Assembly: GCA_963720465.1 (NCBI GenBank)
Contig: OY970393.1
Coordinates: 1,472,001 to 1,536,000, forward strand
Source of the DNA: Methanobacteriota archaeon
GTDB lineage: Archaea > Halobacteriota > Bog-38 > Methanoflorentales > Methanoflorentaceae
DNA: 64,000 nucleotides
Direction of reading: 5' to 3'
This document shows positions 20,605 to 30,103 of this stretch, piece by piece. Below the pieces are notes generated by a model, which was given only the letters and a program-made list of their open reading frames with translations, had not been told where the DNA came from and made no database searches. Made by a program: the position numbers and the translations under genes. Each line of letters begins with the position of its first letter. The stretch's first letter is position 1.

Positions 20605-20886
20605 ATGCAAAAAAAAGTGGTTACCTTCGGTCTAGTGGTGTTATTGCTATGGGCTTGTACTGCAATACCCGCGCTTGGGCAGGTGACATTTCACCCCGTG
20701 ACGAATCAAGCTGAGCTTAACAACTTGACCAAGATGCTTAACAATACATCAGAGTCAGCAAACAGCACCGGGAATGCGACAACATCAACGAGCAGCGGGT
20801 TCCTTGGATTGCCGGGATTTGAAGCGATCTACGGAGTAGTAGGTCTGTTGGTTGTTGCGTATTTGGTGTTGCAGCGTAGAAAGTAA
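20605..20886 (+). CDS. Very small secreted glycoprotein with PGF-CTERM anchor
   Basis: Signal peptide, short N/S/T-rich middle, tail identical to that of the 19862 gene. Confidence 0.75.
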   Translation: MQKKVVTFGLVVLLLWACTAIPALGQVTFHPVTNQAELNNLTKMLNNTSESANSTGNATTSTSSGFLGLPGFEAIYGVVGLLVVAYLVLQRRK

Positions 20887-21135
20887 GCTCCTTAGCTGCA
20901 TACGTAGGTGAGTCTAGCACTCGGCTGGACTCGCGCCTTTCTTCTTTCTTTTCTGATTCCAAGAACTGGCGGGCGCCATCAGCCCGCGTGACTTGCTGAT
21001 TATAAGGCGTTGTACGCGGTAGCGGGGTGCTTGGCTTTGTATATCTAAGTTGCGCGCGCAGGAACGACAAAGCAAAGCTTATTGCGCATGTCAAGCATGA
21101 TTCTGTGAAAGTTAGGTTTATACTGGAGGTGAAAA

Positions 21136-21462
21136 ATGGTCAGTAAGAAACTTTTTTCTGCTGTAGTGGCAACCGTAGTGATTCTTTCTATTGTCGGAGC
21201 GTCCAGCGTTGCTTTCGCGCAAACACAAACCACGACGGCGACGGCGAACGCGACTAAGCTGGCGAACGTGACTAAGCTGGCGAACGTGACTAAGCTGGCG
21301 AACGTGACTAAGCTGGCGAACGTGACTAAGCTGGCGAACGTGACTACGGCTGCGACAACATCAACGAGCAGCGGGTTCCTTGGATTGCCGGGATTTGAAG
21401 CGGTCTACGGGGTAGCAGGGCTGTTGGTTGTTGCGTATTTGGTGTTGCAGCGTAGGAAGTAA
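21136..21462 (+). CDS. Small PGF-CTERM protein made of (ANVTKL)n repeats
   Basis: SD GGAGGTG, MVSKKLF signal peptide, hexapeptide repeats, LPGF-TM-RRK. Confidence 0.82.
   Translation: MVSKKLFSAVVATVVILSIVGASSVAFAQTQTTTATANATKLANVTKLANVTKLANVTKLANVTKLANVTTAATTSTSSGFLGLPGFEAVYGVAGLLVVAYLVLQRRK
21243..21345 (+). repeat. 18-bp tandem repeat GGCGAACGTGACTAAGCT, 5 full copies plus a partial
   Basis: Directly visible; the first copy has one substitution. Confidence 0.95.
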
Positions 21463-21565
21463 GCTTTGGGCAGCACGCGCAGGTGAGTCTAGCACTCGGC
21501 TGGACTCGCGCCTTTCTTCTTTCTTTTCTGATTCGATAGACGAGAGGAGCCGTGCACCACGAAAG

Positions 21566-21660
21566 CGGGAGGGTTCCTTGGCTTGCCGGGATTTGAGGCA
21601 ATTTACGGGGTAGCAGAGCTGTTGGTTGTTGCGTATTTGGTGTTGCAGCGTAGGAAGTTG
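21566..21660 (+). pseudogene. Orphan PGF-CTERM cassette with no in-frame 5' part
   Basis: GGFLGLPGFEAIYGVAELLVVAYLVLQRRK; G->E in the TM, stop lost, 3' hairpin absent. Confidence 0.8.
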
Positions 21661-21730
21661 ATAAAGCAAAGTTTATTGCGTATGTGAAATCATGAATCCA
21701 CAAAAGCTAAGTCTATACTGGAGGTCAAAA

Positions 21731-22381
21731 ATGGTCAGTAAGAAGCTTTTTTCTGCTGTAGTGGCAAGCGTAGTGATCCTTTCTATTGTCGGAGCGTCCA
21801 GCGTTGCTTCCGCGCAAACGCAAACCACGACGGCGACAGCAAAACCTACGCAGACCATCGCCCAGATTGCAGCGAGTAATTCGAACTTCACAACGCTTGT
21901 AAGTCTGCTGAAGAAGGCAAACCTTACCAACGTGTTAAGCGGCCCGGGTAACTACACAGTCTTCGCACCCGACAACGCTGCTTTTGCCAAGGTTAATGCA
22001 TCCACTCTCGCGAATTTGCAAAAAAACAAAACGGCGCTAACAAACTTGTTGCTTTACCATGTCATTCCCGCGAAGCTGCTCGCGAACAACTTCACCGGTA
22101 CTGGCACGCTCACGACGCTCAACGGGTTGTCCCTGCCCTACTCTGTCAGTGGCACCACAATAACGGTTGGCAACGCGACGGTAACCAAAAAGGATATTAA
22201 CGCGACAAACGGCGTCATTGACGAGATCAACACCGTATTAATGCCGCCGTCAGGAACGGCGATTGCGACTGCGTCACCCACAGCAAGCGGAGGGTTCCTT
22301 GGCTTGCCGGGCTTTGAGGCGATCTACGGAGTAGCAGGGCTGTTGGTTGTTGCGTATTTGGTGTTGCAGCGTAGAAAGTAA
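21731..22381 (+). CDS. Fasciclin (FAS1) surface protein with PGF-CTERM anchor
   Basis: SD GGAGGT, MVSKKLF signal, YTVFAPDNAAF, LLYHV, ATNGVIDEI, LPGF-TM-RRK. Confidence 0.9.
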   Translation: MVSKKLFSAVVASVVILSIVGASSVASAQTQTTTATAKPTQTIAQIAASNSNFTTLVSLLKKANLTNVLSGPGNYTVFAPDNAAFAKVNASTLANLQKNKTALTNLLLYHVIPAKLLANNFTGTGTLTTLNGLSLPYSVSGTTITVGNATVTKKDINATNGVIDEINTVLMPPSGTAIATASPTASGGFLGLPGFEAIYGVAGLLVVAYLVLQRRK

Positions 22382-22501
22382 GCTCCTTAGCTGCATACGC
22401 AGGTGAGTCTAGCACTCGGCTGGACTCGCGCCTTTATTTTTTTACTCTAAAGCTCTGCGAACACAGATTGTGTGCCACCAAAGCTATTCGCGCGGTGCTC
22501 G

Positions 22502-23449
22502 TCACTCTTGATCCTGGATCCATTTATAAAGGTGCTGTAAGCCCGCTTTCATATCGACTTTAGGCTCCCAGCCAAACGCGGCAAAAAGAGAGAAGTCAGC
22601 CTGCGTTGACTCAACGTCCCCTTCCCAAGACTTGCCGCCAGTGCGATAGATATCGGGACGCAGGCCCATCAACTTGCAAATAAGGTCGACAATCTCGTTG
22701 ACGGTGGTGGCGCTGCCGCTGCCTATGTTGTACGACTCGCCTGGCATCCCCCGATCATACGCAAGTACGAAGGCGTCTATCACGTCGTCTATATACACGT
22801 AATCTTTCTTCTGGAGTCCTGTACCGAGGATTTCAAGGATGCTATCATCCCTCTGCAGCTTCCTTATAACATCATACATGACGCCTTTTGCATTGCCTGG
22901 CCCATAGACATTATAAAGACGAAGAGAGATCGCTGGCAGTCCCAAAATGCCGTTAAATGCAGAACAATAGAGCTCGCCAGCAGCTTTGGAAGCGCCGTAG
23001 AAGGATACAGGACGTAGCGGGTGAGCTTCTGTGGTCGGGACGGAAGCGGTTCCATAGACTGTACTTGTCGACGCATAAATGAAACGAGCGTCCGAGGCGC
23101 AAGACAACACGTTGAACGTGCCTTGCGCGTTGACACGGAAGTCGTAAGCCGGATCTCGCGTCGAATCAGGCACCTTGGTTTGCGCTGCAAGATGAAAGAT
23201 GCCGTCAGGTTTAACGATACTTGCCTGGAGTCTCTCCAAATCGAGGATATCCCCTTCGATAAACTCAAAATTTGGGTGAGCGTACTGTGGTTGGACTAAG
23301 TCGTAGCCGGTAACGATATCTCCGTTGCTAAGAAGACGAGTAACGAGCTGGGTGCCGATAAACCCACTACAACCCGTCACAAAAAACTCTCGACTACGTT
23401 CGCCTGCTTCAGCCTCCGCATCAAGAATCAAAAGCTCTTCTAGGCTCAT
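22502..23449 (-). CDS. NAD-dependent nucleotide-sugar epimerase/dehydratase
   Basis: TGCSGFIG, HLAA, YGASK, NVYGP. Confidence 0.9.
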   Translation of the reverse strand: MSLEELLILDAEAEAGERSREFFVTGCSGFIGTQLVTRLLSNGDIVTGYDLVQPQYAHPNFEFIEGDILDLERLQASIVKPDGIFHLAAQTKVPDSTRDPAYDFRVNAQGTFNVLSCASDARFIYASTSTVYGTASVPTTEAHPLRPVSFYGASKAAGELYCSAFNGILGLPAISLRLYNVYGPGNAKGVMYDVIRKLQRDDSILEILGTGLQKKDYVYIDDVIDAFVLAYDRGMPGESYNIGSGSATTVNEIVDLICKLMGLRPDIYRTGGKSWEGDVESTQADFSLFAAFGWEPKVDMKAGLQHLYKWIQDQE

Positions 23450-23489
23450 ATCTCACCAGACCAGAGTACACGATTCACACGCTCTAGCA

Positions 23490-24812
23490 TCAGCAGCCTT
23501 TAGTCAGTTGCTTACCTGCTTCTAAGAGGTCTCTGGCTCTTCGCTCAGTTTCAGCTTCGACAAAAATTCGAATGATTGGCTCAGTCCCAGAGGGGCGTAT
23601 CAGCAACCAACCGTCGTCATACCAAATTTTTACGCCGTCGGTTGTGTCGATGTTTCCTTTGACAGATGAGCGAATTTGTTGCATTGTAGCATCCCGGTCG
23701 CGACAGGTGACTTTCGTCTTGTCCATATATCGTTTGGGAATTTCTTTGACGAGCTCAGAGATTTTCTTGCGACGCTCGGTCATTATTTCAAGTACCTTCG
23801 CTACCGTCATCGCCCCATCTCGGCAGTATTGATGTTCAGGGAATATGATGCCTCCGTTGCCTTCCCCCCCTATCACAGCATGCACTTGCATCATCATCCT
23901 CGCGACGTAGATGCTCCCCACAGGAGTCCATATGACGTGGCCGCCTGCTGCTTCAGCCACGTCGACTATCCGCTGCGATGAGCTGACAGGTGTGACGACG
24001 GGGCCTACTCTTTTGGAGAGAACGTGCTTGACGATAATTGCAAGTAGTACGTCTTCATTGACGAAATTCCCTTTCTCATCAATAAAGACCGCCCTATCGG
24101 CATCTCCGTCATGTGCAACGCCCAAATCGGCGCCGTTCGAGATGACGATCTTTCCGAGATCGGCGAGGACGTCCTCTGTCGGTTCTGGATTTCTACTCGG
24201 GAAAGTGCCATCGATCTGCGCATTAATCGTCGTGACTTTGCAATTGAGCTTGCTCAACAAGAAGGGCGTAACAATGCTGCCCGCCCCAGAGCCTGTGTCG
24301 ACGGCCACAACGAACCCGCGCTTTTTAATGTCCGAGGTGTTCACCTTTCCCATAATACTCGCCATGTAAGCGGGTATCACGTTGGTGTCCGAAAGTTCCC
24401 CGGTCTCGCGCCAGTCAGCAAGCTTGAGACTACCTTTGAAATACACGTCTTCGACAGCGAGTTCTCCTTCGCTTCCGAATTCCGTTCCATCTCCTGCGAT
24501 CAGTTTTAGCCCATTGTATTCGCGCGGATTGTGCGATGCGGTGATTACGATTCCTGCGTCGGCGTTGTCACGCACGAAGTACTGCACCGCAGGAGTCGGC
24601 GCTATGCCGAGATTAATAACCTTGCAACCGGTTGCGAGCAGTCCGGCGATGGCCGCGTGACTAAACATATTACCGGACACGCGCGTATCCTGTCCGACCG
24701 CCACAGTCCCCCTTGTCAGTGTTCCCAAGCTCATCGCCAGCCGCAGGGCGAGCTCTGGGGTAAGATCCTGATTTACGATCCCCCGCACACCGTTCGTTCC
24801 GAAAAGCCTCAT
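23490..24812 (-). CDS. glmM: Phosphoglucosamine mutase / phosphomannomutase
   Basis: LFGTNGVRG, TASHNP, DGDADR, GEGNGG, RPSGTEP. Confidence 0.88.
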   Translation of the reverse strand: MRLFGTNGVRGIVNQDLTPELALRLAMSLGTLTRGTVAVGQDTRVSGNMFSHAAIAGLLATGCKVINLGIAPTPAVQYFVRDNADAGIVITASHNPREYNGLKLIAGDGTEFGSEGELAVEDVYFKGSLKLADWRETGELSDTNVIPAYMASIMGKVNTSDIKKRGFVVAVDTGSGAGSIVTPFLLSKLNCKVTTINAQIDGTFPSRNPEPTEDVLADLGKIVISNGADLGVAHDGDADRAVFIDEKGNFVNEDVLLAIIVKHVLSKRVGPVVTPVSSSQRIVDVAEAAGGHVIWTPVGSIYVARMMMQVHAVIGGEGNGGIIFPEHQYCRDGAMTVAKVLEIMTERRKKISELVKEIPKRYMDKTKVTCRDRDATMQQIRSSVKGNIDTTDGVKIWYDDGWLLIRPSGTEPIIRIFVEAETERRARDLLEAGKQLTKGC

Positions 24813-24858
24813 GATAACACCCCTCGTCCACGTCTGGCAGAAAGAATAAGTGCCGCTG

Positions 24859-25629
24859 TTATATTCCTACCCATTTGTCACCCCGTTCAGTAAGTTCCTT
24901 TTTCCAAATGGGAACTTCTTTCTTGATTCGTTCTATTGCATCCCTTAGTGCCTTAAAGCCCTCTTGTCGATGTGCCGCCGCAACGACGATGTACACGATG
25001 TCTTCGCCTTTATTGACACGGCCTGATTTGTGGTATATCTTTACATCGACTATGCCCTCTATTGCCGTCAAATCGTGCGCGATTGAAGAAATTCGCTGCT
25101 GGGCTTCTCCTTCGTAGATGTCAAATTCTAGGGCTAAAGCCTCTCCGCGGACAACTCCGGTGAACGTGAGTATCGCTCCTGCTTTGTGAATATCGGGGTG
25201 TGCGCGCACGGCTCTTACGAGTGCACCGAGCGTTACCCATTCTGGTGCAGTCGCAAGCGACTCGAAATGTTGTTCGAAGTTCAAAGAAGGCTCTAATCGC
25301 GCCTCGTAAACCTCGTGAAAGGATGCGATTCTTGATGCAAGCGCGCTGCCCACAACAACAGCAAAATCAAGGTCTTCCCGTTCCGCCAACTGATCGAGCT
25401 CTCGCGCGATCTCATTTGCATCATCAGCGCGCTGCGTCAGAACGTATCTGGAGGGTGACTGTATAGAAAGCAGGTCGTCTGCGACTTTTCTCGTGAATGA
25501 CGCCGGTTTATCGTTGCGTTCCTCGCGGAGCGTCGCCACCTTACAGCGGTGAGCAAGCTCGGTAAGGAAGCGTTCACGCTGTTTTGCGTCACCTGTGAGT
25601 GCAACAACCCTCACATCCTCATAGAACAC
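24859..25629 (-). CDS. moaE: Molybdopterin synthase MoaE with a degenerate MobB-like N-terminal domain
   Basis: GAILTFTGVVR, AAAHRQEGF, IKKEVPIWKKE. Confidence 0.82.
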   Translation of the reverse strand: MFYEDVRVVALTGDAKQRERFLTELAHRCKVATLREERNDKPASFTRKVADDLLSIQSPSRYVLTQRADDANEIARELDQLAEREDLDFAVVVGSALASRIASFHEVYEARLEPSLNFEQHFESLATAPEWVTLGALVRAVRAHPDIHKAGAILTFTGVVRGEALALEFDIYEGEAQQRISSIAHDLTAIEGIVDVKIYHKSGRVNKGEDIVYIVVAAAHRQEGFKALRDAIERIKKEVPIWKKELTERGDKWVGI

Positions 25630-25863
25630 AATAAGCGCATAAATACGTATTGATGACAGCCAACCGAGCTGAGCTCATCAATGCTATCAGAGAGCACGCG
25701 GGCGCCCTCGTTACGATGTCCGAAGAACTCAGAATAGGCGGGCCGACCCTAGGTAGATCGATACGCTCGTGGGAAGAATAGCGCAGACGCGGTCCCGCCA
25801 TCTGCGAACGCAGACGTGCATAGGGTGGTTTGACGTGACTTGTGCCGGAGTACACTCAGCGCC

Positions 25864-26025
25864 TCAGTGCTCTGCGAACTTAATTCGTCCTGCGCAGTGA
25901 CAGCAGATCCAGAGAACGCTTTCTCCTTTTTTTTCGCGTCGTAGGATTTTGATTCGACCTATCTCTGACTTTTCGAAGCTGCGCTGACAAAGTTTGCAAA
26001 CCGTAGTCGTGTTCTGCCGCCTCAT
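25864..26025 (-). CDS. Small CxxC...CxxC zinc-finger protein
   Basis: CKLC...WICCHC; purine-rich SD before ATG 26025. Confidence 0.55.
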   Translation of the reverse strand: MRRQNTTTVCKLCQRSFEKSEIGRIKILRREKKGESVLWICCHCAGRIKFAEH

Positions 26026-26255
26026 GCCCTGCTCCCGCAACAATCGACTGCCGTACGGAGTGCAGTCAAAACTTAGGTAGTAGTAAAAGGACAACGTACT
26101 AAATAATATTTGCTTGGCGGTTTACCACACGTCAACTGCCCGCAATCTGCACCCGCCGGCAGCGCTTTGGCGAGTCGATGTCGAATTTGAGATTCACATT
26201 ACGCGAGGTGCAAAACACCAGTAGTTTTTCATATTTTCAGCTTACGTACATAGTG

Positions 26256-27311
26256 ATGATCAAGATTGACGGCAGCATAGGCGAGGGGGGAGGGCAAGTG
26301 CTGCGCGTTTGCTTAGCGCTTTCAGCCTTAACCGGAGAGTCCGTCGCAATCAAAAACGTGAGGGTTAACCGGGCAAATCCTGGACTACGAAGTCAACATT
26401 TGACTGCGATGCGAGCCTTAGCGGAGGTCGCCAATGCGAAGGTGAGCGGGCTCGGGCTTGGCTCGTCTGAAATAACTTTCGTTCCAGGGCGGAGAGGCGG
26501 CGGGATTTATAGCTTTGATGCGAAAACGGCAGGCAGTACGACACTCATACTGCAAGCCCTTCTCCCCGTGCTTGCGTTCGCCGATCAACCTTCATCTGTT
26601 ACCCTTATCGGTGGCACAAACAATCCTTTGGCACCACAAGTCGACTACGTGATCAATGTTTTAAATCCTGTAATAGCTAGCATGGGATTTTTCTACCAAT
26701 TGCGCGTCGCGAGGAGGGGATTCTATCCTCGCGGAGGGGGGGTCCTAAAGGTCGCAATCACGCCTGTAGAAAGACTAACTGCCATTAATGTCGTCAGCAT
26801 GGGATCTCTACGAGGTATCAGGGGGATATCACACTCGCGCAATCTCCCAGCTCACGTCGCAGAACGCCAAGCCGAAGCAGCGACACAAAGCTGCACGGGC
26901 GCCGGCTATCCAAATGTAAGCATCGAACGAGATTCCGACCAGAGAGAACAAAGCCCGTCTACTGGAAGCGGCATAGTGCTCTGGGCAGTGACGTCAACTG
27001 GAGGCCGATTAGCAGGGGATGCTTTAGGCGCGCGAGGAAAGCCTGCTGAGGTCGTTGGACGAGAGGGGGCAGCGAAGCTTCTAATGCAATTGTCGAAAGG
27101 GGCACCGTTCGACGTGCATCTGGGCGACCAGCTGGTTATTTGGCTGGCGCTAGCGGAGGGACGTTCTAGAATTGCAACAAGTGAGCTGACGCTTCACACC
27201 GTCACTGCCGTGGAGGTTACTGAGATGGTGACCGGCTGTCAGTTTAAGGTCAGTGGCGAGGTCGGAAGTCCGGGAGTAATCGACTGTACGGGTTGCATCA
27301 CGCCGCGGTAG
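26256..27311 (+). CDS. rtcA: RNA 3'-terminal phosphate cyclase
   Basis: IDGSIGEGGGQVLR, PGLRSQH, GFYPRGGG, DVHLGDQL. Confidence 0.94.
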   Translation: MIKIDGSIGEGGGQVLRVCLALSALTGESVAIKNVRVNRANPGLRSQHLTAMRALAEVANAKVSGLGLGSSEITFVPGRRGGGIYSFDAKTAGSTTLILQALLPVLAFADQPSSVTLIGGTNNPLAPQVDYVINVLNPVIASMGFFYQLRVARRGFYPRGGGVLKVAITPVERLTAINVVSMGSLRGIRGISHSRNLPAHVAERQAEAATQSCTGAGYPNVSIERDSDQREQSPSTGSGIVLWAVTSTGGRLAGDALGARGKPAEVVGREGAAKLLMQLSKGAPFDVHLGDQLVIWLALAEGRSRIATSELTLHTVTAVEVTEMVTGCQFKVSGEVGSPGVIDCTGCITPR

Positions 27312-27366
27312 CAGACAAGACCTCTGTTAAGCGGGAAGCTCACAGAGGGCTGTTGCTGATCTCGTG

Positions 27367-28155
27367 TCACTCAAGCTTGCGAAGTATAGTATTTTGAGTA
27401 ATCATGCCGACCATAGCATCCGTTTGATCAAAGACAGCGACACCCTCCACGTCGTGTTTCAGCATCAGATCCACCGCTTCAACGCACGGGGTACTAGTTC
27501 TCACAAACACGATGTCAGTGATCATAATATCATCGACAACGAGTTTCCTTACCCGTGAATCTTGATAGTGAGGCTTCACTACATCCCTAAATTGGCTCAT
27601 CGCCTTCGCGATGTCATTCTCTGTTATAACGCCGACGACCTTACTGTTTTCCACGACCATCATCCACCACGCATCTTCGTCAATCATTCTTCGTCTTACG
27701 TGGGTTACTCGGTCAAAAGATGAACACGTTACGGGCGGATCCATGATTTCGCCTGCAGATCCGACCGGGCTGCTTGCTTTAACGATCTCGTTAAACGTTA
27801 TCCACCCTGTAGATTGCTCACAGACGACGACCAATACCTCGGAAGATTTCATCAAATGGTTGATCTCGCCTATCGTCATTGCGCCGCTTACGGTGGTGAA
27901 CGTTTCATCTACTGCCTTGGTCACGTGAAGTGATGAAGCAGGCTTAATGACGTCGCCACTTGCGCCCAGTGTGCGTGCTATCCCTTTTTTCGTTAAAACG
28001 CCAACGATCTCCCCTTCGTTCGTGACGAGCAGTTGATTGACGTTGTGTTTTTCCATAAGATCGAGGGCGTGGGATATTCGATCAGTTTTATCGATGACGT
28101 GTGCGCGCGCCGCTAGATCTGATGCAGTGCTTGAGGTGTAGTTGTCGAATCGCAT
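27367..28155 (-). CDS. Tandem CBS-domain protein
   Basis: Four CBS repeats (VGVLT, VGVITEND, VGMIT). Confidence 0.88.
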   Translation of the reverse strand: MRFDNYTSSTASDLAARAHVIDKTDRISHALDLMEKHNVNQLLVTNEGEIVGVLTKKGIARTLGASGDVIKPASSLHVTKAVDETFTTVSGAMTIGEINHLMKSSEVLVVVCEQSTGWITFNEIVKASSPVGSAGEIMDPPVTCSSFDRVTHVRRRMIDEDAWWMMVVENSKVVGVITENDIAKAMSQFRDVVKPHYQDSRVRKLVVDDIMITDIVFVRTSTPCVEAVDLMLKHDVEGVAVFDQTDAMVGMITQNTILRKLE

Positions 28156-28174
28156 TAGTTACTCCCGTCGTTGA

Positions 28175-29029
28175 TCAAGCCAAAGAGGCAGCGCCTAATC
28201 CTACCATCCTCTTGACGATGTCGGTTTTGGATATAATGCCCACGATCGACTCCTCTCTGATGACAGGAATGGCATCTACTCGTTTCGCAACCATCAATCG
28301 CGCGGCGGCCACTGCTCTTGAATCACTGCCGATGGTTATGAGCGGCTCTGACATGATGTCTTCTGCAACTTGCAGCACTTTTCGCACGTATCGATTTTTT
28401 TGCACGCCTGCGTGTTCCGCCTTTCTCACCATCACGACGTCTTTTGAACTCACAAACGGCTCTTTGGCAAAAGTCAGATTAGTGTGTGTAATTATTCCAA
28501 CAGGAACGCCGTTCCCTTCCTGAACGATCGTCCGAAAAACGTGGTTGGTTTCCATGTCGCGCAACACGTGGTTGATAGAATGGTGGCGATGGCACGTGAG
28601 AAAGGAACCAGTCATTATAGTCTTGACCTGCACTTTCGAGTCTGTAGTTGCAAAATAGGTTACTAAATCAGTCTCAGTGAAGATGCCAATTAGTTCGCCG
28701 TCTTTTACTACCGGCAGGCAACCGACCCCGTTTGTTATCATCTCTTGGCCAGCATTCACGAGTGACGTCTCAGGTGAAGCAGTGAGCGGATTCTCAGACA
28801 TGATGGTCTTGGCTAGAGTGCGATCTTGATGTCTCCTTCGCCAACCCGCCTCTGACGATTCTAGCATCTTCGCGAGGTCGTATTTGGCGATAACGCCAAC
28901 AAGAGTCCCTTCATGCGCAACTACTACCCTACCTACTTTGTGTTTAAGCATCACGTTTTTCACGTGTCCGACAGTATCATCAGGTAAAACTGTGTACACA
29001 GGCGCACTCATTAAATCGTCGACTTGCAT
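28175..29029 (-). CDS. Tandem CBS-domain protein
   Basis: Four CBS repeats (GCLPV, GIFTETD, GIISKTD). Confidence 0.9.
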   Translation of the reverse strand: MQVDDLMSAPVYTVLPDDTVGHVKNVMLKHKVGRVVVAHEGTLVGVIAKYDLAKMLESSEAGWRRRHQDRTLAKTIMSENPLTASPETSLVNAGQEMITNGVGCLPVVKDGELIGIFTETDLVTYFATTDSKVQVKTIMTGSFLTCHRHHSINHVLRDMETNHVFRTIVQEGNGVPVGIITHTNLTFAKEPFVSSKDVVMVRKAEHAGVQKNRYVRKVLQVAEDIMSEPLITIGSDSRAVAAARLMVAKRVDAIPVIREESIVGIISKTDIVKRMVGLGAASLA

Positions 29030-29274
29030 TTCATCCCCCTACCGTTGGCTTTTTTTTGCAGCCTCTATTCACAAAGTCAGAAATACATTAAAGCTCTATT
29101 TGCAATCTTATTGGCGAACGACACGTGCCAATGCTGCTCAACTGTCTGTTAACTGAAGTAATACGACAGTGTTTCATCTATGCGCACGCCTACCACCGTT
29201 ACGTAACCCCGGGCTCGGCGCAAACGATTATGTTCGACAATGCGCCGCATAGGTGCTGTCCTCCAGCTGCTGTA

Positions 29275-29451
29275 CTACAAGCGTATGCGCTGTGCGGTTG
29301 CTGGTAGCTGAGGGGGTTCTGGTCGGTGATAATGAGGGGACACTGGTAGATTGTAGATTGCATATTGCGGTTTGAGGTTTACCGTGCATCTGGCAGCCGC
29401 CACCAAAAAAAGCAGAACCACATGAGATAGCGAAGATAGTGCTTTTTTCAT
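29275..29451 (-). pseudogene. Possible decayed lipoprotein gene
   Basis: MKKALSSLSHVVLLFLVAAARCTVN, a lipoprotein-like signal with a broken lipobox; the P/S/T-rich linker continues in another frame. Confidence 0.3.
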
Positions 29452-29792
29452 CTACTCACATCCTGTCGACAGGTAATGTGTAACCTTGCGTCAGATAAGA
29501 ACTTCCGACCCATCTGAAGCTTTTCACATGATGCTTGATATGAGCCTTTTAAGCACTGTAGTGCGGCTAGACTTACGGAGAGGATTTACAACCGCTTTTT
29601 AGTCCGATTACGTACCGCGATGCCTTATGGAGTAGTTCACTTGCCTCTTTTTATCTCAGTTTGAGCGCAGCGTTCGGTAACACTGCACGTCTGCGATCTG
29701 AATCAATCACGACAAAAGCCATGAACAAAGCAACAGTTTTCAGTACAATCAACGACACTCGTCTCAAACCGGTGCTGCCGCGTTTCTTGTGG

Positions 29793-30053
29793 TCACTGCG
29801 GCTGTTTGATTAACTTTCTATCGACGACGATGTAATCCTTTATCGCCCTGACGGCATCAAATGGCAGAAATATAAAATCATTTTCTGTCCTAAACTCCTG
29901 TAGATTCAGGTCAGGATCGGGCTTCACTTTGAGATCAAGGATATCGCCTGTGTTCCCATCGATAATGAGGTCATAGAGGGTGCCAAGGTCTGTACCATCG
30001 CTCCCCATTACTTGCTTATTAGACAGATTCTTAGCGAATATCTCCTTTTTCAT
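29793..30053 (-). CDS. PRC-barrel protein (CdpB-like cell-division family)
   Basis: LSNKQVMGSDGTDLG...VRAIKDYIVVD. Confidence 0.8.
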   Translation of the reverse strand: MKKEIFAKNLSNKQVMGSDGTDLGTLYDLIIDGNTGDILDLKVKPDPDLNLQEFRTENDFIFLPFDAVRAIKDYIVVDRKLIKQPQ

Positions 30054-30103
30054 CTTTTCTTGCTACGTAGTTATCATACAAAAGGGTTTCTTATTCTGGG
30101 CGC

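Larger units (their letters stand above)
20511..22440 (+). terminator. Four copies of a 3' hairpin plus T/pyrimidine tract (20511, 20906, 21481, 22401)
   Basis: Identical AGGTGAGTCTAGC-ACTCG-GCTGGACTCGCGCCTTT after each PGF-CTERM stop. Confidence 0.75.

Noticed and set aside
21243-21345. Possible CRISPR array
   Set aside because: Contiguous 18-bp in-frame coding repeats with no spacers; no cas genes
25653-25781. 42-aa plus-strand ORF MTANRAELINAIREH...
   Set aside because: Short, no recognisable motif or clear SD; cannot be supported as a gene
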